Origin: an uncultured Gemmatimonadales bacterium
GTDB lineage: Bacteria > Gemmatimonadota > Gemmatimonadetes > Gemmatimonadales > GWC2-71-9
Length of the DNA: 33,520 nucleotides
Assembly (NCBI GenBank): GCA_963695555.1
Contig: CAVOGR010000013.1
Location: 1-33,520, forward strand
Reading direction: 5' to 3'
Shown here: in pieces, positions 9,355 to 18,433 of the stretch
How the letters are laid out: every line of letters begins with the position of its first letter
Numbering within the stretch: position 1 is the stretch's first letter
The notes under the pieces: generated by a model
Seen by the model: only the letters and a program-made list of their open reading frames with translations
What the model was told of the DNA's origin: nothing
The model's database searches: none
Position numbers and translations under genes: made by a program

Positions 9355-10674
9355 GTGCCTCCTCCTATGAGCACAACAGATACCAGCCCCACCCAGACCG
9401 CGATTCGAGGAGACAAGGACACCTTCCTGAGCGAGGACAACCCGTTCGAGGCCATGATGTCTCGTTTCGACCGGGCTGCAGAGTTGCTGCACCTCGACGC
9501 AGGGTTGTACAGCGTCCTCCGCCACCCCGAGAAGCAGATTATCGTGTCGGTACCGGTGCAGCGAGACAACGGTAACGTGGAGGTCTTTACCGGGTACCGG
9601 GTGCTGTACAGCACGGTACGCGGTCCCGGCAAGGGGGGGATTCGATTCGCCACCAACGTGACGCTTGACGAGGTCAAGGCACTCGCCGCGTGGATGACCT
9701 GGAAATGTGCCGTGGTGAACATCCCGTTTGGCGGCTCCAAGGGCGGTGTCATCTGCGATCCCGACACCTTCTCCAACGCGGAACTCGAGCGGCTGACCCG
9801 GCGCTACACCTCCGCGATCATGGAGACCCTGGGCCCCGACTCCGACGTTCCCGCGCCGGACATCAACACCAATGAACGGGTGATGGCCTGGATCATGGAC
9901 ACCTATTCCATGCACAAGCGTCACACGGTTACCGCCGTCGTCACCGGCAAGCCGATCGAAATGGGCGGGTCGTTGGGGCGGCGCGAGGCAACGGGCAGGG
10001 GATGCACCATCGCGGTGCGCGAGGCGCTCCGCCGCCGAGAGATTCCGATTCACGGGGCACGCGTCGCGATCCAAGGGTTCGGCAACGTTGGCTCGGTCGC
10101 GGCCAAACATCTCGAACGCGAGGGCTGCTCGGTCATTGCGGTGAGCGACGTGTCGGGCGCGATCTACGACAAGCGAGGGCTCGACGTCGAGGACCTGCTC
10201 GCCTGGGTACGAAATCATCGCTTCCTGAGCGGCTATCCGAAGGCGGAGGAGGTGACGGAGCACGAGCTTCTCACCACCGAGTGCGAGGTGCTCGTGCCGG
10301 CCGCGGTCGAGAACGTCATCACCAGCAGGAACGCCGCTGACATCCGCGCGAAGATCATCTGTGAGGGCGCCAACGGTCCAACCACCGCCAACGCCGACCG
10401 CATCTTCGACGAGAAAGACATCTACGTGGTACCCGACATCCTGGCGAACGCCGGCGGTGTGACGGTCAGCTATTTCGAGTGGGTCCAGGATCGGACCGGG
10501 TACTTTTGGGACCTCGAAACCGTGAATGAGCGCCTCGAAGGCATCATGGTGCGGTCGTTCGACGAGGTCGCGACGATGGCAGAGCGCCACAACGTGAATC
10601 TCCGGACCGCGGCGTACATGCTCTCCATTGAACGGGTCGCGGCGGTGCATCGCCTGCGCGGCCTCTATGCCTGA
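9355..10674 (+). CDS. gdhA: Glu/Leu/Phe/Val dehydrogenase (glutamate dehydrogenase)
   Basis: [56 protein letters not shown]. Start is GTG 9355 or ATG 9367. Confidence 0.93.
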   Translation: MPPPMSTTDTSPTQTAIRGDKDTFLSEDNPFEAMMSRFDRAAELLHLDAGLYSVLRHPEKQIIVSVPVQRDNGNVEVFTGYRVLYSTVRGPGKGGIRFATNVTLDEVKALAAWMTWKCAVVNIPFGGSKGGVICDPDTFSNAELERLTRRYTSAIMETLGPDSDVPAPDINTNERVMAWIMDTYSMHKRHTVTAVVTGKPIEMGGSLGRREATGRGCTIAVREALRRREIPIHGARVAIQGFGNVGSVAAKHLEREGCSVIAVSDVSGAIYDKRGLDVEDLLAWVRNHRFLSGYPKAEEVTEHELLTTECEVLVPAAVENVITSRNAADIRAKIICEGANGPTTANADRIFDEKDIYVVPDILANAGGVTVSYFEWVQDRTGYFWDLETVNERLEGIMVRSFDEVATMAERHNVNLRTAAYMLSIERVAAVHRLRGLYA

Positions 10675-11138
10675 TGGAAATCGTGGTGCTGGCCGTCGGA
10701 CGGCTGCGCCCGTACTATCGCGAGGCGGCGGACGACTACCGCCGCCGCCTCGAGCGCTACGCCACCGTTCGGGAAGTCAGCGTCCGGGAGGCGAGCCGGT
10801 CGCCCACCGTGGCCGTTCAGCGCCGGCAGGAGGCCGAGGCGCTCCGCCAGAAGCTGCCCAAGCGTCACACCCTCATCGCCCTGACCCGAGAGGGCGAGCC
10901 CTGGTCCAGCACGGATGTGGCGGGCCGGCTCGCACGGTGGCAAGAGGCAGGAACAACCCTGGTGTTTGCCCTGGGAGGTTCGTCAGGACTGGCACCGTCG
11001 TTTGCCGATGCTGCGGCACACCGCTGGAGCCTCGGCCCGCTGACACTGCCGCACGAATTGGCCCGGGTGATCGTCTTCGAACAGCTGTATCGCGGGTTCA
11101 CGATTCTCGGTGGCGAGAAGTATCATAAGGGTGGGTAG
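10674..11138 (+). CDS. rlmH: 23S rRNA (pseudouridine1915-N3)-methyltransferase
   Basis: LAVGRL start, GG..G, SL..LTLPHELARV..EQLYR...I..G..YH C-terminal signature. Confidence 0.93.
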   Translation: MEIVVLAVGRLRPYYREAADDYRRRLERYATVREVSVREASRSPTVAVQRRQEAEALRQKLPKRHTLIALTREGEPWSSTDVAGRLARWQEAGTTLVFALGGSSGLAPSFADAAAHRWSLGPLTLPHELARVIVFEQLYRGFTILGGEKYHKGG

Positions 11139-11243
11139 GTAGGACGTGGGTGGGTAGTAGGTAGTGGGTAGGTTGTACGGTCGAGTGCGACTGGCGGCTC
11201 ACCTACTTCCTACACTCCAACGTTCCTACTTTCCTGCTTCCCG
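11129..11243. repeat. Intergenic low-complexity imperfect inverted repeat (GTAGG/GGGT-rich arm and CCTAC-rich arm)
   Basis: gtaggacgtggg pairs imperfectly with ccaacgttcctac. gtaggtagtgggt pairs imperfectly with acctacttcctac. Five GGG tracts lie in 11129-11168. Confidence 0.65.
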
Positions 11244-11278
11244 TCACCGGTCACTATGTCCACCCGAGCACGCCCCAC

Positions 11279-11995
11279 ATGACCGAATGGTTCGAGGAGT
11301 GGTTCGACGAAACCTATCTCACCCTCTATCCGCATCGCGATGCAGCCGAGGCGGAGCGCCTGCTGGGGAGCCTCCGGGAGACCATCCCGTGGCGGCCGGG
11401 TCTCCGGGTGCTCGACGTGGCCTGCGGCGCCGGGCGCCACGCCCGGGCGTTAGAAGACTGGGGCGCGAAGCCGGTTGGGCTCGATCTGTCGTGGGCGCTC
11501 TTGACGCGGGCGCGGACGGTTACCCGCGCTCCCCTCGTGCGGGCCGATATGCGGTGGCTGCCCATCCGATCGGGTACCATGGATCTCACGGTCAACCTCT
11601 TCACCAGCTTCGGCTATTTTGACACGGATGCCGACCACCACCACGTGCTGGGCCAGATGATCGACACCGTGCGGCACGGTGGCTGGTTCGTCATCGACTT
11701 CCTCAACGCGCGCTACGTGCGGGATACGCTCGTGCCCCAACAGGAAACCGACCTTGGCGGCCATCACGTCCGGATCACGCGTCACATCACGCCCGACGGG
11801 CGGTTCGTCGTCAAGCAGATCACCACCGACGACGACCAGCGGTTCCAGGAACGCGTGCGGCTCTTCTCGGCGACGGAGCTCGAAGATATGGTGACTGCTC
11901 ACGGGCTCGCGATCCGTCGGCGCCTCGGCGCCTACGATGGGGCGCCGCTCCGGGACGACACCCCCCGGGTCATCCTCATCGGACAACGGACGTGA
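11279..11995 (+). CDS. Class I SAM-dependent methyltransferase (candidate bacillithiol N-methyltransferase)
   Basis: VLDVACGAGRH motif I, GLDLS, ADMR, NLFTSFGYF. Stop overlaps the bshC start (GTGA). Confidence 0.88.
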   Translation: MTEWFEEWFDETYLTLYPHRDAAEAERLLGSLRETIPWRPGLRVLDVACGAGRHARALEDWGAKPVGLDLSWALLTRARTVTRAPLVRADMRWLPIRSGTMDLTVNLFTSFGYFDTDADHHHVLGQMIDTVRHGGWFVIDFLNARYVRDTLVPQQETDLGGHHVRITRHITPDGRFVVKQITTDDDQRFQERVRLFSATELEDMVTAHGLAIRRRLGAYDGAPLRDDTPRVILIGQRT

Positions 11996-13521
11996 TCTTT
12001 CGTATCGAATCGACCAGTCTCCACCACCCCCCGACCTGGCCCGAAGCCCGGTCCGGAGGGTGGCCCGACCCGCTATTCGATGCGTGCATCCGGCAGGCCG
12101 ATCTCGAGGGGGTGTTGGAGCGCCTGCGGGATCCGGACGTGCTGGTCGTGACCACCGGCCAACAGCCAGGGCTGTTCACGGGACCGCTCTACACCATCTA
12201 CAAGGCCCTCTCAGCCATGACCCTGGCCCGGCAGCTCGAGGCACGCTGGGAACGCCCGGTGGTTCCGGTGTTCTGGGTTGCCGGCGACGACCACGACTTC
12301 GCCGAGGCCAATCACGCGACCTGGCTTCGCGCCGACGGCAGCGCACATACCGAAACGCTCCGTTCCCGCCCGCCGGATGCGCCGCTCACCCCAATGTACC
12401 GCGAGCCGCTCGGTGACGAGGTGGCCCAAGCCCTCGAGGCCATCAGCGCCGATCTTGCCCCCCACCCGCACGGCTCGGACACCACCGACTGGCTCGCCCG
12501 GCACTATCGCCCCGATGCCACCCTTGCCGGGGCCTTCGCCGCCGCGTTGGCCGAGTTGCTGGCCCCCTTCGGTGTCGTATGCCTCGACAGCACCCATCGG
12601 GCGGTGAAGCGGCTCGCTGCGCCGCACATCATGACCGCCGCAGGGCTTGCGTCCGATCTCGATCGCGACCTTGCCCAGCGGGCGTCGGAGCTCGAGAAGG
12701 TCGGGATCGCACCGGGCGTCTCGGTGGGTGACGGTGCCTCGCTGGTCATGTTCGAGGGAGCCCTGGGCCGCGACCGTCTGATACTCGATGGGCGGGAGCT
12801 GGCAACCAGACGGAGCCAGGAGCGGTTCACGATGGAGCGGTTGCAGACGATTGCCGCCGCGGAACCAGAGCGTCTCTCGCCAAACGTGCTGCTCCGTCCG
12901 GTCATCGAGAGCGCCATCCTTCCGACCGTGGCCTACGTGGCAGGGCCGGGTGAACTGCGCTACCTGGAGTTGACGCCTCCCATCTACCAGCGCCTACGCG
13001 TCCCGCAGCAGACGCCGGTGGCGCGCTGGTCCGGGATGGTGATACCGCGTCGGGTGGATCGGGTGCTCGAAAAGTTCGGGGCGGAGTTGGACGAGCTGCT
13101 CCTGCCGGACGAGGCCCTGGAGGCACGCGTGGTGCACGACCAGCTTCCCAGCGAAGTGCTTCAGGCGCTCGGAGACCTGAGAGAGTCGATCGAGGCAGCC
13201 TACGACGTGGTCCAGCGGATCGGGACCGACATCGATCCGACCATCGAGAAGCCGCTCGCGCGGCTTCGCAATCAGGCCATCGTCGGTGCGGCCGATGCCG
13301 AACACAGATTGGTGACACATCTCAAACGCCGCCAGGAGACCGAGCTGGCCCAAATTGGCCGGGCCCGTGCGGCCGTGCTGCCGCTTGGCAAGCCGCAGGA
13401 ACGCGTGCTGGGCGTGCCGACGCTGCTCGCGCTCTATGGCCCGGACCTGCTCAGCCAACTGGCCGGAACCATCCAGGCATGGTATGCTTCGGCCCTTGAA
13501 GGCGACCCCATTCCTTCGTAG
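11992..13521 (+). CDS. bshC: Bacillithiol biosynthesis cysteine-adding enzyme BshC
   Basis: VTTGQQPGLFTGPLYTIYKA, VPVFWVAGDDHDFAE, SPNVLLRP, PTVAYVAGPGE.Y, PQERV. Confidence 0.92.
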   Translation: MIFRIESTSLHHPPTWPEARSGGWPDPLFDACIRQADLEGVLERLRDPDVLVVTTGQQPGLFTGPLYTIYKALSAMTLARQLEARWERPVVPVFWVAGDDHDFAEANHATWLRADGSAHTETLRSRPPDAPLTPMYREPLGDEVAQALEAISADLAPHPHGSDTTDWLARHYRPDATLAGAFAAALAELLAPFGVVCLDSTHRAVKRLAAPHIMTAAGLASDLDRDLAQRASELEKVGIAPGVSVGDGASLVMFEGALGRDRLILDGRELATRRSQERFTMERLQTIAAAEPERLSPNVLLRPVIESAILPTVAYVAGPGELRYLELTPPIYQRLRVPQQTPVARWSGMVIPRRVDRVLEKFGAELDELLLPDEALEARVVHDQLPSEVLQALGDLRESIEAAYDVVQRIGTDIDPTIEKPLARLRNQAIVGAADAEHRLVTHLKRRQETELAQIGRARAAVLPLGKPQERVLGVPTLLALYGPDLLSQLAGTIQAWYASALEGDPIPS

Positions 13522-13530
13522 ACTCGACTC

Positions 13531-13812
13531 ATGATGTTCATCGGCCTCATCCTGTTCGTCGCCCTGCTTATTCCGATCATCGGCATCATCATTGATTCGC
13601 CGATCGGCCGGGCGATGGCTCGCCGTCTGGAGGGTCCGGAAGCCGTCCCGACCGACGTGCTAATGCTGGCCAAGAAGGTCGATCTCCTCGAGGCCGAGGT
13701 GGATGATCTGAACCGGGCGGTGGAGCAGTTGAAGGACGAAAATGTCTTCCTGCAGAAGCTGATCGGGGAGCCACGCACACCGCGGACCCTTCCGCCCGCC
13801 GCAGGATCCTGA
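13531..13812 (+). CDS. Small membrane-anchored coiled-coil hypothetical protein
   Basis: N-terminal TM segment, SPIGRAMARRLEG, heptad pattern ending E..FLQKL. Fills the gap between bshC and murJ. Confidence 0.75.
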   Translation: MMFIGLILFVALLIPIIGIIIDSPIGRAMARRLEGPEAVPTDVLMLAKKVDLLEAEVDDLNRAVEQLKDENVFLQKLIGEPRTPRTLPPAAGS

Positions 13813-13847
13813 CGCCGAGCCGAGGGTCCCGCCGTCCGGCCGCGGTC

Positions 13848-15380
13848 GTGGCCGCCGGAATCCTGCTCAGCAGACTCTTCGGACTCGTCCGGCAACGGGC
13901 CTTCGCCCACTACCTCGGAAACAGTGACGCCGCCGATGCCTTCATGGCGGCGTTTCGTATTCCAAATTTCCTACAGAACTTGTTCGGCGAGGGCGCGCTA
14001 TCGGCGTCCTTCATCCCGGTCTACGCGGGGCATCTCGGGCGAGGCGATCGCACCGAGGCGGATCGGACCGCCAATGCGGTATTGGCGCTCCTGGGCTTAG
14101 TGATCGCCGTGCTGGTGATGCTCGGCGTGCTCCTGGCACCGCTCTTGGTGACAGTGATTGCTCCCGGCTTCTCCGGGGCGAAGCGAGAACTCACCATCCA
14201 ATTGGTCCGAATCCTCTTCCCGGGGGCCGGACTCCTGGTGGCGTCGGCCTGGTGCCTCGGCATACTCAACAGCCACCGCCGGTTCTTCATGTCCTATGCC
14301 GCCCCGGTGGCGTGGAATCTGGCGGTCATTCTGGCCCTGGTGATCTGGGGCCGCACCCACAGTGCCGGCTCGCTCGCCGTGGCCGCCGCCTGGGGCTCGG
14401 TCGTGGGAAGCGCCCTCCAGGTTGCTGTCCAACTCCCGCAGGTCCTGAGGCTGACGGGCCGCCTCCGACCGGTCCTGACAACCGCATCCGACAGCATACG
14501 GACCGTGGTCCGGAACTTCGTCCCTGCGTTCATGAGCCGCGGCGTGGTGCAGGTGAGCATCTTCGTCGACGAACTCATCGCCACTTTGCTGCCCACCGGT
14601 GCCGTCGCGGCGCTGGCATACTCGCAAACGCTCGCCATTCTGCCGGTGAGCCTGTTCGGATTGTCGGTGTCCGCGGCGGAGCTTCCGGCCATGTCCAGCA
14701 CCGCCGCGGTTGGCCAAGAGGTGAACGCCGATCTCCGCAACCGGCTCGATCGCGGTCTCCGCCAAATCGCGTTCTTCGTGGTACCGTCGGCGATGGGATT
14801 TCTGGCGCTCGGGCACATCCTGGCCGGCGCCCTCTACCAGACCGGCGAGTTCACTCGCAGCGACACGCTCTACGTCTGGGGCATCCTCGCGGGCTCCGCC
14901 GTCGGGCTCTTGGCCTCGACGCTGGGCCGGCTGTATTCGTCCACCTACTACGCCTTGAAGGACACGCGGACCCCGCTCCGCTACGCCGGTGTGCGGCTGG
15001 CCGGCACCGTCATGTTGGGCTTTCCCTTCGCCTTGGCCGTGCCGGGGCTCGTGGGCATCGATCCGAAGTGGGGCGCGGCCGGATTGACCGTGTCGGCCGG
15101 CATCGCCGGGTGGATCGAGTTTGCGTTGCTCCGGCGCAGCATGAATCGACGGATCGGCCGGACGGGATTGACGATCGGGTTCCAGCTCCGGCTCTGGACC
15201 GCAGCGGCCGTGGCAGCGGCAGTGGGGTGGGGCATCCAGTCCGCGGCCCCTGGATGGGCGCCGATCCCGCTCGCAGCGATCGTTCTGGTTCCCTACGGCC
15301 TGGTATACTTCGGACTGACCACGATGTTTGGGCTCCCCGAGGCCAGGGCTCTGTGGGGCAAGGGCGGGGTTGCCCGATAA
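13848..15380 (+). CDS. murJ: Lipid II flippase MurJ (MviN); true start possibly CTG at 13809
   Basis: SRLFGLVRQ, DAFMAAFRIPNFLQNLFGEGALSASFIPV, LP.SLFG, YYALKDTRTP; multiple TM segments. Confidence 0.93.
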   Translation: MAAGILLSRLFGLVRQRAFAHYLGNSDAADAFMAAFRIPNFLQNLFGEGALSASFIPVYAGHLGRGDRTEADRTANAVLALLGLVIAVLVMLGVLLAPLLVTVIAPGFSGAKRELTIQLVRILFPGAGLLVASAWCLGILNSHRRFFMSYAAPVAWNLAVILALVIWGRTHSAGSLAVAAAWGSVVGSALQVAVQLPQVLRLTGRLRPVLTTASDSIRTVVRNFVPAFMSRGVVQVSIFVDELIATLLPTGAVAALAYSQTLAILPVSLFGLSVSAAELPAMSSTAAVGQEVNADLRNRLDRGLRQIAFFVVPSAMGFLALGHILAGALYQTGEFTRSDTLYVWGILAGSAVGLLASTLGRLYSSTYYALKDTRTPLRYAGVRLAGTVMLGFPFALAVPGLVGIDPKWGAAGLTVSAGIAGWIEFALLRRSMNRRIGRTGLTIGFQLRLWTAAAVAAAVGWGIQSAAPGWAPIPLAAIVLVPYGLVYFGLTTMFGLPEARALWGKGGVAR

Positions 15381-15405
15381 GCCGGACCGAGGAGTACGTT
15401 CAACG

Positions 15406-17226
15406 GTGAGTTGGCCGATCCAATCCGAACAGCTGCGGCGCAAGCTCGACACGCTGCCCGACGGGCCCGGAGTCTATCTCTGGAAGGATCGCGACGGCAC
15501 CGTGCTCTACGTGGGCAAGGCCAAGCACCTGAAGAGCCGCGTCCGGAGCTACCTCCACACGGATTTCGCGCAGAACCCCATCGACCAACGACTCGTCTCC
15601 CTGATCGCCGATGTCGACACGATCGTGACGCCGGACGAGGCGCAGTCGCTCCTGCTCGAGAACAATCTGATCAAGGAGTTCAGGCCTCGCTTCAACGTCC
15701 GCCTGAAGGATGACAAGAGCTATCCCTCCATTGCGGTGACCCTGGCCGATCCGTTTCCGCGGGTCTTGGTGACCCGCCGGCGCAACATCCCGGGTGCTCA
15801 GTACTTCGGCCCCTACACCGACGTCGCCACGATGCGCCGGACCCTGACGCTCATTCGCCGCCTCTTCACCGTCCGGAGCTGCGCCGATGACATCCCCGTG
15901 CAAACCCGCGACCGTCCCTGCCTCGACTACTACATCGGCAAGTGCAAGGCTCCGTGCGTCGGCTGGCAGGTCGAAGCCGATTATCGGGCCATGATCGACG
16001 AGGTACTCGAGTTCCTCGACGGGAAGACGCTCGACGTCAGGGGTCGCGTGCGTGATATGATGCATCGGGCCAGCGATCGGCAGGACTACGAGCGCGCGGC
16101 TGCGCTCCGCGATACCCTCAAGTGGCTCGAACAGATCGAATCGCCACCCTCGGTGGAAACCATCGGGCAGGGCAGTGCGGACGCGATCGGCTATGCCCGT
16201 GATGGCGACGATGCAGTTGGCGTGTGGCTCAGGCTCAGGGACGGGCGGGTGGTATCTCGTGAACACCGCTTTCTCGAGAATGTCGAGGGAGAATCCGATC
16301 CGGCGGTGTTGAGCGCGTTTCTGGTGCGGTACTACCTGACCGCGGAAGACCGGGTGCGCCGCCTGCTCGTGCCACTCCTCCCGGATGACGTGGAGAGCTT
16401 GGAACGATTGGCGCCCGAGACCCACATCCGCCTCCCCCAGCGGGGCGTCGGGCACCGCTGGCTCGAGCTGGCCGAGCAAAACGCGCGGCACCTGCTCGAG
16501 AGCCTGCGCATCGAGTCGTTCGAAACAGACGAGCGCGCGGCCGACCCGGTGTATGCCCTCGGTCGCGACCTGGGACTCGACAGCGTACCGCGCAGCCTGG
16601 TCTGCATCGACATCTCGACCAACCAGGGCCGGGATACCGTGGGATCACTAGTCTGGTTCGAGGCTGGCCGTCCGAAGAAGGCAGAGTATCGGAAGTTCAA
16701 GATCAAAGGTATCGGGCAACAGGACGACTACGCGGCCATTCACGAGGTCGTGACGCGGTATCTCACCCGCCGGAAAGACGAGGACAAGCCGCTGCCCAAT
16801 CTCATGGTGATCGATGGCGGCAAGGGTCAGCTCAACGCGGCCGCCGATGCGGTGGCCCAGCTCGGGATGGAGCTTCATCTCGCAAGCCTCGCCAAACGCG
16901 ACGAAGCAGTATTTCTCCCGGGCCGGACGGAAGCGCTCAGACTCTCGCGGCGGAGCGAGTCGCTCCGCCTGCTCCAGCGAGCCCGTGACGAGGCCCACCG
17001 GTTCGGCTTGGCCTACAGCCAGAAGCGCCGCCAGCAGCGCACCCTCAGTTCCGAGTTGCTCGAAATCCCCGGCATCGGGCCGACCAAACGCAGCCGGCTC
17101 CTGGAACGCTTCGGAAGCCTGGCCGGCGTCAAGTCGGCGAGCGCGGAGGAGATTGCATCCATTCCGGGTTTCTCGCTCCAAAGTGCGGCGCGGCTGTTGG
17201 ATCGCCTGGGCACGGGATCCCGATGA
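15406..17226 (+). CDS. uvrC: Excinuclease ABC subunit C
   Basis: GTG 15406 after GAGGAG. GIY-YIG domain (PGVYLW...LYVGKAK.LKSRVRSY), CLDYYIGKCKAPC, IDGGKGQ, RDEAHRF, HhH (IPGIGP). Confidence 0.95.
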   Translation: MSWPIQSEQLRRKLDTLPDGPGVYLWKDRDGTVLYVGKAKHLKSRVRSYLHTDFAQNPIDQRLVSLIADVDTIVTPDEAQSLLLENNLIKEFRPRFNVRLKDDKSYPSIAVTLADPFPRVLVTRRRNIPGAQYFGPYTDVATMRRTLTLIRRLFTVRSCADDIPVQTRDRPCLDYYIGKCKAPCVGWQVEADYRAMIDEVLEFLDGKTLDVRGRVRDMMHRASDRQDYERAAALRDTLKWLEQIESPPSVETIGQGSADAIGYARDGDDAVGVWLRLRDGRVVSREHRFLENVEGESDPAVLSAFLVRYYLTAEDRVRRLLVPLLPDDVESLERLAPETHIRLPQRGVGHRWLELAEQNARHLLESLRIESFETDERAADPVYALGRDLGLDSVPRSLVCIDISTNQGRDTVGSLVWFEAGRPKKAEYRKFKIKGIGQQDDYAAIHEVVTRYLTRRKDEDKPLPNLMVIDGGKGQLNAAADAVAQLGMELHLASLAKRDEAVFLPGRTEALRLSRRSESLRLLQRARDEAHRFGLAYSQKRRQQRTLSSELLEIPGIGPTKRSRLLERFGSLAGVKSASAEEIASIPGFSLQSAARLLDRLGTGSR

Positions 17227-18410
17227 CCCGCCACGCGCTGAGCCCCGATTGGCAGCTGGAGTGCTCCGCCTGCCGGAATACCGATGCACCGAACGGACTT
17301 CCCACCGTCTGCGGCTGCGGCTTTCCGTGGCTGGTCCGCTACCCCGAGCGATCGTGGCACGAGGACCTGAAGACCGACCTTCTGGCCAGGCGCGGCATGT
17401 GGCGGTTCCAGGAGTTCCTCCCCATCACGGCCGACGAGACGCCCGTGACCCTGGGTGAGGGCGACACCCCGCTCCTCAGGCTGGGCCAGAGCGCTCGCCG
17501 CTTGGGGTTCTCCGATCTGTGGATGAAGGACGAGGCCTCGAATCCAACCGGCTCGTTCAAGGCCAGGGGGCTCAGCGCGGCTGTGACCCGAGCGAGCCTG
17601 GCCGGGGTCACATCGTTCACCCTCCCAACAGCGGGCAACGCCGGCGTTGCGGCGGCGGCCTATTGTGCCAGAGCAGGGGCCCGGGTGCGGGTTTTCGCCC
17701 CGAGAACCACCCCGACTACCATCCTCACCCAAATTGTCACGTATGGGGCGGAACTCGTCCTCCTGGAAGGACATATCGGCGATTGCGGCCGGGCTGCCAA
17801 GGCTTGGGCCGCTGAATCCAACTCGTTTGACCTGAGCACGTTACGTGAGCCCTACCGAATCGAGGGGAAAAAGACCCTCGGTCTCGAACTTGCCCTACAA
17901 CATGACTGGAGGCTGCCAGACGCCATCATTTACCCCACTGGGGGTGGCACCGGCCTGATCGGCATGTGGAAGGCGTTCGAGGAACTCGCCCACGCGGGCT
18001 GGGTAGAGGAGGGCAAGTTTCCCAAGATGTTTTCGGTCCAGTCAGCTGGATGCGCCCCCGTCGTCGAGGCCTTCGAGCACGGGGCCACCGACTGCGCTCC
18101 GTGGCCCGAGCCGGCCACCCGCGCCAGCGGCCTCCGGGTGCCGCACCCCTTGGGCGGGCGGCTGATCCTCGAGGCGCTGCGTGAGAGCGGCGGTGCCGCG
18201 GTGGCGGTCGCAGACGAGCGACTCGCGGAATTCGAACAGATCCTGGCTCGGGAGGAGGGCATCGACCTGTCGCCAGAAGGAGCTGCGACGGTGGCTGCGC
18301 TGGTCGACCTCGAGTCGCGTGGGCTGTTGGACCGCCATGAGCGTATCGTGCTGTTCAACACCGGTGCCGGATGGCTGTACCGCGATCCGGCGAGTTTGCC
18401 TGGGTCGTGA
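17223..18410 (+). CDS. thrC: Threonine synthase-like PLP-dependent enzyme
   Basis: N-terminal CxxC...CxC ribbon, LGEGDTP, NPTGSFKARG (PLP Lys), EGKKT, YPTGGG, FNTG. Confidence 0.85.
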   Translation: MTRHALSPDWQLECSACRNTDAPNGLPTVCGCGFPWLVRYPERSWHEDLKTDLLARRGMWRFQEFLPITADETPVTLGEGDTPLLRLGQSARRLGFSDLWMKDEASNPTGSFKARGLSAAVTRASLAGVTSFTLPTAGNAGVAAAAYCARAGARVRVFAPRTTPTTILTQIVTYGAELVLLEGHIGDCGRAAKAWAAESNSFDLSTLREPYRIEGKKTLGLELALQHDWRLPDAIIYPTGGGTGLIGMWKAFEELAHAGWVEEGKFPKMFSVQSAGCAPVVEAFEHGATDCAPWPEPATRASGLRVPHPLGGRLILEALRESGGAAVAVADERLAEFEQILAREEGIDLSPEGAATVAALVDLESRGLLDRHERIVLFNTGAGWLYRDPASLPGS

Positions 18411-18433
18411 GGCGGGGCGATATTTCGCAGGTT

